Made by a program: the position numbers and the translations under genes
Assembly: GCA_902526795.1 (NCBI GenBank)
Contig: CABZMF010000003.1
Coordinates: forward strand, 88,190 to 152,189
From: an uncultured Fidelibacterota bacterium
GTDB taxonomy: Bacteria > Fidelibacterota > Marinisomatia > Marinisomatales > Marinisomataceae
Direction of reading: 5' to 3'
DNA length: 64,000 bases
Notes under the pieces: model-generated
Databases searched by the model: none
What the model saw: only the letters and a program-made list of their open reading frames with translations
Told to the model about the DNA's origin: nothing
Part shown: positions 36,597 to 46,213 of the stretch, one piece after another
Layout: every line of letters starts with the position of its first letter
Position numbering within the stretch: position 1 is the stretch's first letter

Positions 36597-39410
36597 ATGA
36601 GAAAGCTATATAACATGATAGCACTAGTTTTATTTTCTAGTTTAATATTTGCCGTAGATGGCCATCACTCAGTTTCAGGTACCGTTACTGATGCAGATGG
36701 TAATGCACTATTTGGAGCAAATGTTACTGTAGAAGGTACTTCATCTGGTGCTGCTACAGGAGCTGATGGATCATATTCAGTCGACGGTGTTGCAAGCGGA
36801 ACCTATACAGTTACTGCTTCATACATTGGATATGAGTCTGCGAGTGTTTCTGTAAGTGTAGATGGTGCTGCTACTGCTAATTTTTCATTAGCATCGAGTG
36901 CAGTTGCTGGTAATGCAGTTTCTGTTCTTGGATCACGTTTCGCAAGAAATGTTGACGAACAAGCGGTTCCAGTAGAAGTTATTACTGAGCTTGAAATTCG
37001 TGCAGCTGGTTTCACTGAAACCAATGAATTACTGCAATCTCTGGTTCCGTCTTATAATGCTCCACGTGGGTATATTACGGACGGTTCTGACCATATGAGA
37101 CCTGCAACTTTACGTGGTATGGCTCCCAATCAGACTCTTGTACTTGTAAATGGTAAAAGACGTCACCAAGGTGCTTTAGTTCACGTAAATGGTTCAGTTG
37201 GACGTGGTTCAACTCAAGTAGACTTAAATGCAATCCCAGCTAGCGCTATTCAAAAAATTGAAGTGCTACGTGATGGTGCTGCCGCTCAATACGGTTCAGA
37301 TGCTGTTGCTGGGGTTATCAATATTATTTTAAAAGAAGCTGGTGGAGCGGACGTAAGTGTAACTTATGGTCAAAATCTTTCACTATTTGAAAGAGGATAT
37401 GCTGCTGGAGAAGGCCTAATAGACGGTCAAGATGCTTCAACTTATGGTTGGGATCTTGATGAAGCGGTAGAAGGTACTGGTTATCTTCCATACTCTGCTG
37501 ATAGAGGTTTTGCTCGTTCAGGTCTTGAAACAGTTCTTAAAGAAGATGGTAGAAACTTAATTGTTCATGCTGGTAATGGTTTGAATCTTTTTGGTGGAAG
37601 CCTGTATGTAAGTGGTCAAATTCGTGATGGAGGTCGTACTAACCGTGCAGGATTAGATCCAAGAAGACAGTACTTTGCGGGAATGGATGATAAAGAATAT
37701 GCATTCAACAGAGAAAATCACCGTATTGGTGCTGGAGCATTTGAACAAGTAAGTGTTATGTTCAATGGTAGTTTCCCAATGGAACAAGGTGGGACATTTT
37801 ACGCTTTTGGTGGAATGAATTCACGTGATGGTGAAAGTGGCTGCTATTACAGAAGAGCTCAAGACAATCGTACATTGCGTGCATGGTATCCTGATGGGTT
37901 CTTACCATTAATTAGTCCGACTCTAACTGATACATCTCTTGCCGTTGGTATGAAGGGTATCATGGATGGAGCAGTACTTAATGGATATGCTTATGACTTT
38001 AGTGTTAACACAGGAAGTAACGAGTTTGCATGGGGCATGAAAAACAGTCACAACGCAACTGCGGGTACAGGTCCAAATCAGCAAGCTGAATTTGATCTTG
38101 GTACACTTGGTTACAGCCAAACTACAGTAAACTTTGATCTATCCACCGAAATTGAAATGGATGGTTTTGAAGGTCCAGTTAGTTTAGCCATGGGTGCAGA
38201 AATGCGTATGGAAAATTATACAATTGAAGCTGGTGAAGAAGCAGGATATGCTGATTTTGGCTATGATGTATTAGATGGTCCAAACGCAGGTGCTTCTGCA
38301 GCTGTTGGTTGTCAGTGTTTACCTGGATTGGCTCCAGCTAATGAGCAAGATCGTGACAGAGACGCTGTAAGTGTATATGCTGAAATGAGCGGTAATGTTA
38401 ACGAAGACTTATTAGTTGATGTTGCACTAAGAACAGAAAATTATAGTGACTTCGGTTCTACAACTAATGGTAAAGTTGCTTTGAGATATGAAATTGAAGA
38501 GGGTGTTGCTGCAAGAGGTTCTTTCAGTACTGGCTTTAGAGCTCCTGCACTTCAAGAAGCATACTTCTCATCAATTGCTACTAACTTTATAGATGGAGTA
38601 CCTCTAGAAGTAGGTACCTTCCCTGTTGATACTGAAGCTGCTAGAGCTCTCGGAGCTCAAGATCTTGAGCCAGAAACGTCTGAAAATATGTCTCTAGGTA
38701 TGACATACAAAGATGATAGATTCTCACTATCTGTAGATGCTTATATGATTACAGTTGAAGATCGTATTAGTATGAGTGAGACATTTAGAGGCTCAGGTGC
38801 AACTTCTGATATGGTTTCTTTCTTTGCTGAAAGAGGAGTTCCGGCTGCGGCAGGTAGATACTTCTTTAACGGTATTGATACTGAAACAAATGGTTTAGAT
38901 ATAGTTGCAACAATGAGAGAAGATGTTGCTAATGGTTCTTTACTGCTTAAAGCAGCACTGAACTTTAATGATACTGAAGTTACTAATAAAGGAGAGCTCG
39001 AAACGCCATCTGAATTAGCTGCTTACACTTCAAGTCTATTACTTGGACGTGCTAACACAGTTAGATACGAAAGTTCATCTCCTTCTGAAAACTTCCAGTT
39101 CTCTGCAACATTACAGAGACCAACATCAACTTTAATGATGAAATTAAATCGTTGGGGTGAAGTAACTATCCCGGCAAGTACCGTTGAAAGAGAACAGGTA
39201 TTAAGTTCAAAATTTACGGTTGATATGGAATACTCATTCCAAGTCAATAGTCAAGTAAGAGTAGCGCTTGGTGCTAATAACTTATTTGATGTTTATCCTG
39301 ATAAAACTATTAAAAGAAATAGTTTTAATGGAATTTTCCAACATTCAGGATATAGTCCATTCGGATTTAACGGACGTTATCTTTACACACGTCTTGATAT
39401 GACATTATAA
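36597..39410 (+). CDS. TonB-dependent outer-membrane receptor with N-terminal carboxypeptidase-regulatory-like domain
   Basis: Signal peptide, VSGTVTDADG...GANV domain, plug motifs LRGMAPNQTLVLVNGKRRH and IEVLRDGAAAQYGSDAVAGVINI, C-terminal GFNGRYLYTRLDMTL (ends in Leu, not Phe). The likely start is ATG 36597. Confidence 0.95.
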   Translation: MRKLYNMIALVLFSSLIFAVDGHHSVSGTVTDADGNALFGANVTVEGTSSGAATGADGSYSVDGVASGTYTVTASYIGYESASVSVSVDGAATANFSLASSAVAGNAVSVLGSRFARNVDEQAVPVEVITELEIRAAGFTETNELLQSLVPSYNAPRGYITDGSDHMRPATLRGMAPNQTLVLVNGKRRHQGALVHVNGSVGRGSTQVDLNAIPASAIQKIEVLRDGAAAQYGSDAVAGVINIILKEAGGADVSVTYGQNLSLFERGYAAGEGLIDGQDASTYGWDLDEAVEGTGYLPYSADRGFARSGLETVLKEDGRNLIVHAGNGLNLFGGSLYVSGQIRDGGRTNRAGLDPRRQYFAGMDDKEYAFNRENHRIGAGAFEQVSVMFNGSFPMEQGGTFYAFGGMNSRDGESGCYYRRAQDNRTLRAWYPDGFLPLISPTLTDTSLAVGMKGIMDGAVLNGYAYDFSVNTGSNEFAWGMKNSHNATAGTGPNQQAEFDLGTLGYSQTTVNFDLSTEIEMDGFEGPVSLAMGAEMRMENYTIEAGEEAGYADFGYDVLDGPNAGASAAVGCQCLPGLAPANEQDRDRDAVSVYAEMSGNVNEDLLVDVALRTENYSDFGSTTNGKVALRYEIEEGVAARGSFSTGFRAPALQEAYFSSIATNFIDGVPLEVGTFPVDTEAARALGAQDLEPETSENMSLGMTYKDDRFSLSVDAYMITVEDRISMSETFRGSGATSDMVSFFAERGVPAAAGRYFFNGIDTETNGLDIVATMREDVANGSLLLKAALNFNDTEVTNKGELETPSELAAYTSSLLLGRANTVRYESSSPSENFQFSATLQRPTSTLMMKLNRWGEVTIPASTVEREQVLSSKFTVDMEYSFQVNSQVRVALGANNLFDVYPDKTIKRNSFNGIFQHSGYSPFGFNGRYLYTRLDMTL

Positions 39411-39434
39411 TTTATTATTAGGTCATAAATAAAT

Positions 39435-39465
39435 AAAAAGCCTCTACTCTTTGTAGGGGCTTTTT
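39435..39465 (+). terminator. Rho-independent terminator (bidirectional form)
   Basis: AAAAAGCCTCTAC-TCTTT-GTAGGGGCTTTTT. Confidence 0.9.
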
Positions 39466-39479
39466 ATTATTTTTATAAT
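39451..39479 (+). promoter_or_regulatory. Candidate ggt promoter overlapping the terminator 3' arm
   Basis: TTGTAG (39451-56), 17-nt spacer, TATAAT (39474-79); ATG at 39499. Confidence 0.5.
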
Positions 39480-39498
39480 GAAAATTAGAAAGTAATTA

Positions 39499-41355
39499 AT
39501 GAAAATAGTTTTGCAAAAAATAGCCTATCTTTTAATCTCGATATCTGTAATTGGATGTGGAATTGATTCAGACTCTTCAAGTAATAATGTAAATCTAGAA
39601 AATAAAAGTGGTGCTGTTTCATCTACCTCACGTTTAGCATCTGAGGCAGGTATAGATGTCATGAAAAAAGGAGGGAATGCGTTTGATGCTATTGTTGCTA
39701 CGGGTTTCGCTTTAGCAGTAACCTCTCCTTCAAATGGTAATATAGGTGGTGGTGGTTTTATGGTTGCTAGGACAAATCATGGGAAAATTATAACGCTTGA
39801 TTTTCGTGAAAAAGCTCCAACTCTTTCGTATGAAACTATGTTCCTGGATGATGATGGTAACTATAGTAGAAATCTAGCATTATTATCACATAAATCATCT
39901 GGCGTTCCTGGAACTGTTGACGGGTTGATTACAATATTAGAGGATCATGGTTCTGGAAATTTTTCACTTAGTGAAATTTTATCTTATGCTATCGACTTTG
40001 CTGAAAATGGTCATGGAATAAATAAAAGTTCAGCTTTTGGACTCGATTTTTACAAACATCTTTTTCTTGAAGATGAAGGATCTACAAAAATTTTTATTAA
40101 AGATTATTCGCTTGAAATGAAACAATTACAGCAAGATGTTCTTAATGGAACAATTCCAGAAGAAGAATATGTTAATAAAATGAGAAGTTTAGATCAATGG
40201 AGTGAAGGCGATATTATTATTCAAAAAGACTTAGCTGAAACTTTAAAAAGAATATCTCGAAATGGTAGAGACGGATTCTATTTAGGAAAAACTGCTGATT
40301 TAATAGTAAATGAAATGAAAGCAAATAATGGATTGATATCACATGAAGATTTAAAACAATATAGTTCAATATATAGGGAACCCATTCTTGGAAACTATAG
40401 AGGTTATAAGGTAATATCTATGGGTCCTCCAAGTTCTGGCGGTCCATTAATTGTACAAATGTTAAATATGCTAGAAAATTTTGACTTATCATCAATTGAA
40501 CGTAATTCTACGGAATTTGTTCATATGCTAACCGAGGTTCAAAGACTAGCTTTTGCTGATAGAGCAATTCACTTGGGTGATCCAGACTTTTATCCGAGTC
40601 CAATTCCCATGTTAGTCTCAAAAGATTATGCAAAAAAAAGATTAGGTTTGATTTCAATGGATAAAGCTACTCCTAGTTCAGAAATTGCTGCGGGGTCTCA
40701 AATTTCTGAATCAATGGAAACAACACACTATTCTGCAATGGATAAATTTGGTAATACGGTTGGAATTACTACTACTATTAATCTTTCATATGGAAATAAA
40801 AAAATAGTTGATGGTGCAGGATTTCTTTTAAATAATGAAATGGATGATTTTGCTACTTCTCCTGGGGTACAAAACGCATTTGGACTAATTGGATATGAGG
40901 CAAATTCAATTAAACCAGCTAAAAGACCACTAAGTTCAATGTCCCCAACAATCGTTTTAGATCCTGATGGAAACCCTTTAATGACAATTGGGGCTGCAGG
41001 AGGTTCAAGAATTATTACAACTGTTTTACAGGTGATTATTAGTGTTATTGACCATAATTTAAATATTCAGGAAGCTATTAATTTAGGAAGAACACATTCA
41101 CAATGGATTCCAGATGTTATTAGATATGAAGGAAAAAATAAAATAAACACTAATAATAATAAATTATTACCTTCTTTGAGTGAAGAACAAATTTCAGAGC
41201 TTGAAAGTTTAAATCACAAGTTTGAAAATGGAAATGTTGAAAATGGAATATACTATTTAGCGAGAGCGCATGGTATAATGTATAAGGATGGTCAATTTTT
41301 TACTGGAGTTGACTGGAGAGGAAATGGAGAAATATCAGATGGTGTTACATATTAG
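39499..41355 (+). CDS. ggt: Gamma-glutamyltransferase (lipoprotein)
   Basis: Lipobox VIGC; GGNAFDA, GGGGFM, DFREKAP, PPSSGG, ETTHYS (catalytic Thr), NNEMDDF, RPLSSMSP, GAAGGSRI motifs. Confidence 0.96.
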   Translation: MKIVLQKIAYLLISISVIGCGIDSDSSSNNVNLENKSGAVSSTSRLASEAGIDVMKKGGNAFDAIVATGFALAVTSPSNGNIGGGGFMVARTNHGKIITLDFREKAPTLSYETMFLDDDGNYSRNLALLSHKSSGVPGTVDGLITILEDHGSGNFSLSEILSYAIDFAENGHGINKSSAFGLDFYKHLFLEDEGSTKIFIKDYSLEMKQLQQDVLNGTIPEEEYVNKMRSLDQWSEGDIIIQKDLAETLKRISRNGRDGFYLGKTADLIVNEMKANNGLISHEDLKQYSSIYREPILGNYRGYKVISMGPPSSGGPLIVQMLNMLENFDLSSIERNSTEFVHMLTEVQRLAFADRAIHLGDPDFYPSPIPMLVSKDYAKKRLGLISMDKATPSSEIAAGSQISESMETTHYSAMDKFGNTVGITTTINLSYGNKKIVDGAGFLLNNEMDDFATSPGVQNAFGLIGYEANSIKPAKRPLSSMSPTIVLDPDGNPLMTIGAAGGSRIITTVLQVIISVIDHNLNIQEAINLGRTHSQWIPDVIRYEGKNKINTNNNKLLPSLSEEQISELESLNHKFENGNVENGIYYLARAHGIMYKDGQFFTGVDWRGNGEISDGVTY

Positions 41356-42292
41356 AATTACAGTACTATTTTTGTTAATACTTATTGGCTGTGGAGAATC
41401 TGGGAGAGCGACTCAATCAGTTCTTCCTACTCCAGAAGTAACATATACCCCAGGAGAAATCGTTACAGATAGTCAAGGATACATTTCTTACAGGGTTGGA
41501 AATACTCCAATTATTATTACTGTTCCTCATGATGGTACTATAAGTCCATCTACTTTCCCAAATAGAACTGGCTCAACGGCAAGGGCCGAAAATACGAGAA
41601 AAGTTGCTGAGCAGTTTGCATATTTTTTTAATATAAATTCAGGTGGTCTATTTCCACACATAATTTATAATAACGTTAGCAGAGATAAACTTGACCCTGA
41701 TTTAAATCAAATGGATGCTGCACAAGGTAATTCTTATGCAAATTTATCTTATGGAACATACCATAGTTTTTTGCAGACAGCTATAGATACTGTTGAAGCT
41801 TATTTTGATGCCGGCGTGCTATTAAATTTAGTAGAACATAATCACTCTGATCAAAGAATTGAATTAGGATATTTATTGTCAGCCTCTGATTTAGAGTTAT
41901 CTAACCTTCAGCTAAATAGTTATAGTAGTCAATCAAGTGTTTCTCAAATATCAAGTATTTCAAGCTCTTCATTTGCGGAAGTAATTAGAGGGTATAACAG
42001 TCTTGGTACACTTATAGTGGGTAAAAGTTATACAAGTAATGATGTTAATTATTCATTTGAAGCTGTTCCGACTCTAGATAATCCAAATGTTGGAAGTTCT
42101 GATTATAGTTCAGGTGGTTTTACCATATCACAATATGGAAGCTCAAATGGAGGGAAAATAAACGGAATTGATGTTGCAACACCCTTTGCAGGCTTCAGAG
42201 ATAATGCAAATGCATATAGAGCTTTAGCAGTTATATTGGAAGAGTCAGTAAAGAGTTTTTACCAAGAAAATCTTGGAACAATAATTTATTAA
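41339..42292 (+). CDS. N-formylglutamate amidohydrolase-fold lipoprotein with degenerate active-site motifs
   Basis: Lipobox LIGC; GNTPIIITVPHDG, PHII.N..SR.KLD, RIELGYLL and SGG motifs. The likely start is ATG 41339, which overlaps the ggt 3' end. Confidence 0.7.
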   Translation: MVLHIRITVLFLLILIGCGESGRATQSVLPTPEVTYTPGEIVTDSQGYISYRVGNTPIIITVPHDGTISPSTFPNRTGSTARAENTRKVAEQFAYFFNINSGGLFPHIIYNNVSRDKLDPDLNQMDAAQGNSYANLSYGTYHSFLQTAIDTVEAYFDAGVLLNLVEHNHSDQRIELGYLLSASDLELSNLQLNSYSSQSSVSQISSISSSSFAEVIRGYNSLGTLIVGKSYTSNDVNYSFEAVPTLDNPNVGSSDYSSGGFTISQYGSSNGGKINGIDVATPFAGFRDNANAYRALAVILEESVKSFYQENLGTIIY

Positions 42293-43389
42293 TTACCTCT
42301 TAATGCAGTGGCTTTGTTAAGATATTCTTGTGCATCTTCAAGTCTGCCTTCTCCAAAGTAAGTCCTGTAAACCCCATAATAATATTGGGGATCATTTGGA
42401 TTTGTATCAATCAATTCCATATAATAATTTCTTGATTTTCTCCATCTTTCTGCTTGCTCAAGAGCTTTAGCTAAACCTAATAATGCCTCAACATCTTCAG
42501 GAGCTAAAAAATATGCTTCTTCAAAGTTATATTCGGCTTCTTCAAAATTTTCCATTTTTAAATAAACCAATCCCCTATTAAAAAATAAGTCAACGAGTTC
42601 TTCATCTTCTGAAGTGTTTTCGATTGCTAGATCTAATTTTTGTAAAGCTGCTTCAAATTTATCTTGAGCTAAATATAACGCTCCTAAACTTTTTAATGCA
42701 GTTGGCTCAAGTGGCTCCATAGATAATGCTTCCTCATAATATTCTAATCCTTTATCAAACTCACCTAATCGCACAACACTTTGCCCTGCACTGACGAGAA
42801 GAGCTATTTTTGTTTCTTTTGGAATGTCATCCAAAGATAATCCCATGTCTAGATATTTTATAGTATTCTCTTTATCTCCTTTTACTGAAGAATATAGCGC
42901 TGCAAGTGCATATGATCCCGGCTGAGCTGGATCTAATGCTTTAGCATCTAAAGATGTTTTAATAGCTTGATCTAATAGTGCATTTCTTTGATCTTCATTC
43001 GTAGCCCTATTTAGTAATGCTAAAAATCCGGAAGCTTTGTAGTAAATTAAGTTATAACTTTTTGTAATTGAAGCTGTTATGGCCTGTTCAATGGGAATTC
43101 TTTTATCATTCCTTGTTGGACGGATTTTCAAATTGCTAGGAGCTGTTCTTGCAACATCCATATACTCTTTGACTGAAGCCCATTCTTGCTTTCTAGGATA
43201 AATTTTGTCACCTAAATGGAATGCAGCCTCCCACTTATCTTTTGGATGATTTAAGGCTTCTAATAAATATTTTTCTGCTTCTCCCCACTCTTTATCTTTA
43301 ATTCTGATTTTTGCAGATTCTAAAGCTTGACCAGCAAAGAGTGTGGTTGCCAAAATTGTTAACGCAATAAAATGTTTAAAGTAAATCAT
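42289..43389 (-). CDS. Exported TPR-repeat protein
   Basis: Signal peptide and several TPR repeats (ALKSLGALYL, LFFNRGLVYL, ALLGLAKAL, YYYGVYRTY). Confidence 0.8.
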   Translation of the reverse strand: MIYFKHFIALTILATTLFAGQALESAKIRIKDKEWGEAEKYLLEALNHPKDKWEAAFHLGDKIYPRKQEWASVKEYMDVARTAPSNLKIRPTRNDKRIPIEQAITASITKSYNLIYYKASGFLALLNRATNEDQRNALLDQAIKTSLDAKALDPAQPGSYALAALYSSVKGDKENTIKYLDMGLSLDDIPKETKIALLVSAGQSVVRLGEFDKGLEYYEEALSMEPLEPTALKSLGALYLAQDKFEAALQKLDLAIENTSEDEELVDLFFNRGLVYLKMENFEEAEYNFEEAYFLAPEDVEALLGLAKALEQAERWRKSRNYYMELIDTNPNDPQYYYGVYRTYFGEGRLEDAQEYLNKATALRGN

Positions 43390-43443
43390 ATTATTAGTTC
43401 TCCATGTATTTGAATATCAAGTTAGTATTTTTATTATGAGTTT

Positions 43444-44349
43444 TCAAGAAGTATGGTTACGATTCATCCAATCTAAACGCCTATTAAATTCTTCTTTGTT
43501 TATTTTTAACAAACCTTCTACTCCAACACCCTCAATACAGAATGATGCAGTAACCGCACCTACTTTCATTGAATCTAAAATATTCATTCCTTTCATTTTC
43601 CCCATCAAAATACCTCCAATATATGAATCTCCTGCACCAGTTGTATCAATAACTTTATCTATTGGATAAGCTTTGATTGAAAACTGATTTGCTGAGTCGA
43701 AAAAATGAGATCCATTTTTTCCATCTTTAATAATTAAACTTTTTGAACCTAGATTTAATATGGTTTTAGCCATTTTAGCTAAGTCTTTTCCGTTTAGCCC
43801 TGATAATTCTACTGCTTCATTAAAATTTATGCAGAGCAAATCTACCTTATTAATTAATTGCTTTAACTCCTTATTTGCAATGTCTATGTACAGCTTAAAA
43901 GTGTCTAACATTACATAGGGGTCATTCTCCATTTGATTTAACAGTGCAGCTTGTAAATGAGGTGCAGTGTTACCCAACAAAAGAAATGAGCAATTTTTAG
44001 AATTATCAGACAAATTAGGTAAATATGTTTCAGAAACCCCAGGATCAACATATAAGGTTCTTCGAGAAGAAAAATCTTTTTGATATTCTCCACCCCAACA
44101 AAAAGTTTTACCAGATAATCTCGTTAAGGAATTTGTAGATATGGAGTGCTTTGAAAGTAATTCCCAATGCCCATTTTTGAAATCGTCTCCAACAACACCA
44201 ACTAACTCACAGGTTTTCTGTTTATTAGCAAGAAGCGCGTAAGCAGCAGATCCTCCTAGAACATCTAAAAAGGAGCCATGTTTATTTATAATTTTATCAA
44301 TGCTAATTGATCCAAAAACAACTGATTTGTGTGATTGATTTGAACTCAT
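43444..44349 (-). CDS. PfkB family carbohydrate kinase
   Basis: GGSAAY N-terminal motif and DTTGAGDSYIGG signature. The likely start is ATG 44349. Confidence 0.9.
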   Translation of the reverse strand: MSSNQSHKSVVFGSISIDKIINKHGSFLDVLGGSAAYALLANKQKTCELVGVVGDDFKNGHWELLSKHSISTNSLTRLSGKTFCWGGEYQKDFSSRRTLYVDPGVSETYLPNLSDNSKNCSFLLLGNTAPHLQAALLNQMENDPYVMLDTFKLYIDIANKELKQLINKVDLLCINFNEAVELSGLNGKDLAKMAKTILNLGSKSLIIKDGKNGSHFFDSANQFSIKAYPIDKVIDTTGAGDSYIGGILMGKMKGMNILDSMKVGAVTASFCIEGVGVEGLLKINKEEFNRRLDWMNRNHTS

Positions 44350-44382
44350 AAATTTTTTTATTAAGATAGTTATGTAATCAAA

Positions 44383-45495
44383 ATGAAAAAAGAAAAAATA
44401 GTTCTTGGAATAAGTGGCGGGGTTGACAGCTCCGTAGCTGCTATATTGTTGCAATCTCAAGGTTATGAAGTGCATGGCGTTTTTATGAAAAATTGGGATG
44501 ACGAGAATGCAATTTGCAATGCAGAAGATGATTATGCAGATGCATTAAGTATTTGTAAAAAATTAGACATTCCTCTTACAAAAATAAATTATACTAAAGA
44601 ATATAAAGAACGTGTCTTCAGCCAATTCTTGAAAGATCATAAACTTGGTTTAACTCCAAACCCAGATGTGCTATGCAATCGTGAAATAAAGTTTGATGTT
44701 TTTCGAAATTATGCAAAAAAAATTGGTGCAAAAAAAATCGCATCAGGACACTATGCAAAAGTGATTAAGGATAAAAATAAACTTTTTATATCCAAAGCAT
44801 TAGATAAAAGTAAAGATCAATCATACTTTTTATATCAATTAAACAATGAATTACTAAAGAATATAGTATTTCCACTTGGAAATACTTTTAAAAGCGAAGT
44901 CAGAAAAATTGCTAAAGAAAATAAATTTATTAATGCTCAAAAAAAAGATAGTACTGGGATCTGTTTTATTGGAGACAGAAAGTATAACGAATTTATCAGT
45001 GAATATTTGGAGTCAAAAAAAGGGGATATAATTTCGATTAATGGTGAAAAAATAGGTACTCATAATGGTCATGTGTATTTTACAGTAGGTCAAAGAAAAG
45101 GTTTAGGTATTGGTGCAAGAAATTCTGCTTTTGATAAGCCATGGTATGTTATAGATAAAAATATAAATAAAAATATTATTTATGTTGCTCAAGGAGCTGA
45201 ACATCCTGCTTTGTACTCAGATGAATTATTAGCTGATAATATGTTTTGGAGTAAAAATGTGAAAAAAAAGCTACCATTTGAATGTAATGCTAAGGTGAGG
45301 TACAGGGAGAAAGATTATAGATGTAATATTTTATCGTCAAATGAATATAAATGTTATGTTAAATTTGACAATAAAATAAAAGCAATTACTACAGGTCAGT
45401 CAATTGTATTTTATGATGAAAAAGGATTATGTATTGGGGGTGGAATAATACGAAAACGAAATATACCTTTTTTAAAAGTGGAGATTAATGAATAA
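44383..45495 (+). CDS. mnmA: tRNA-specific 2-thiouridylase
   Basis: SGGVDSSV, MKNWD, TPNPDVLCNREIKF, SGHY, KDQSYFL, KKDSTGICFIG, FTVGQRKG motifs. Confidence 0.97.
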   Translation: MKKEKIVLGISGGVDSSVAAILLQSQGYEVHGVFMKNWDDENAICNAEDDYADALSICKKLDIPLTKINYTKEYKERVFSQFLKDHKLGLTPNPDVLCNREIKFDVFRNYAKKIGAKKIASGHYAKVIKDKNKLFISKALDKSKDQSYFLYQLNNELLKNIVFPLGNTFKSEVRKIAKENKFINAQKKDSTGICFIGDRKYNEFISEYLESKKGDIISINGEKIGTHNGHVYFTVGQRKGLGIGARNSAFDKPWYVIDKNINKNIIYVAQGAEHPALYSDELLADNMFWSKNVKKKLPFECNAKVRYREKDYRCNILSSNEYKCYVKFDNKIKAITTGQSIVFYDEKGLCIGGGIIRKRNIPFLKVEINE

Positions 45496-46213
45496 AGATT
45501 TAAGAATAGTTATTTTGGCTGCAGGTAAAGGTACTAGAATGAATTCTGGTTTACCAAAAGTATTACACAAGTTACATGAAAAAACTCTTATAGATTATGT
45601 ACTTGATGAAAGTAAACTTCTTAATCCTATCGAAACAATATTGGTAGTAGGTTTTAAAAAAAATCAGGTTATCTCACATACCAAAAATAGGATTAATCTC
45701 AAATATGTCACTCAAAAAGAGCAGCTTGGAACAGGACATGCTGTCTTACAAACTGAAAAATTACTAAAAGATAAAAAAGGACATATATTAATTTTATATG
45801 GCGATGTTCCAAACATTAAAGCATCATCTCTTCAACCAATCATTGAAAATCATATTATAAATAATCGTGATTTAACTTTAATTACTGCAGAGGTCGATAA
45901 CCCTGCTGGATATGGTCGAATTATAAGAAAAAAAAATGGTCAATTATTGAAAATAGTTGAAGAAAAAGATTGTAGCGATAATGAAAGAATGATTAGAGAA
46001 TGGAATCCAGGCATATACATTTTTAAAATTCCGGAAGCATTTAAAATTCTAAATACTATTAAAGCTAATAATGCCTCAAAAGAATATTATCTTACTGATG
46101 CAATTGAATTATCCCAACAATCAAATATGAAAATAAAGGCCATTAAAATTGAAAATTCAGATGAAGTGTTAGGAATAAATACAATTAAACAGCTTGAAGA
46201 GCTTGAGTCTTGA
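45488..46213 (+). CDS. GlmU-like nucleotidyltransferase, N-terminal domain only
   Basis: ILAAGKGTRMNS.LPKVLH, QLGTGHAV, LYGDVP, GYGRI and EYYLTD motifs; the ORF stops before any hexapeptide-repeat domain. Confidence 0.88.
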   Translation: MNKDLRIVILAAGKGTRMNSGLPKVLHKLHEKTLIDYVLDESKLLNPIETILVVGFKKNQVISHTKNRINLKYVTQKEQLGTGHAVLQTEKLLKDKKGHILILYGDVPNIKASSLQPIIENHIINNRDLTLITAEVDNPAGYGRIIRKKNGQLLKIVEEKDCSDNERMIREWNPGIYIFKIPEAFKILNTIKANNASKEYYLTDAIELSQQSNMKIKAIKIENSDEVLGINTIKQLEELES

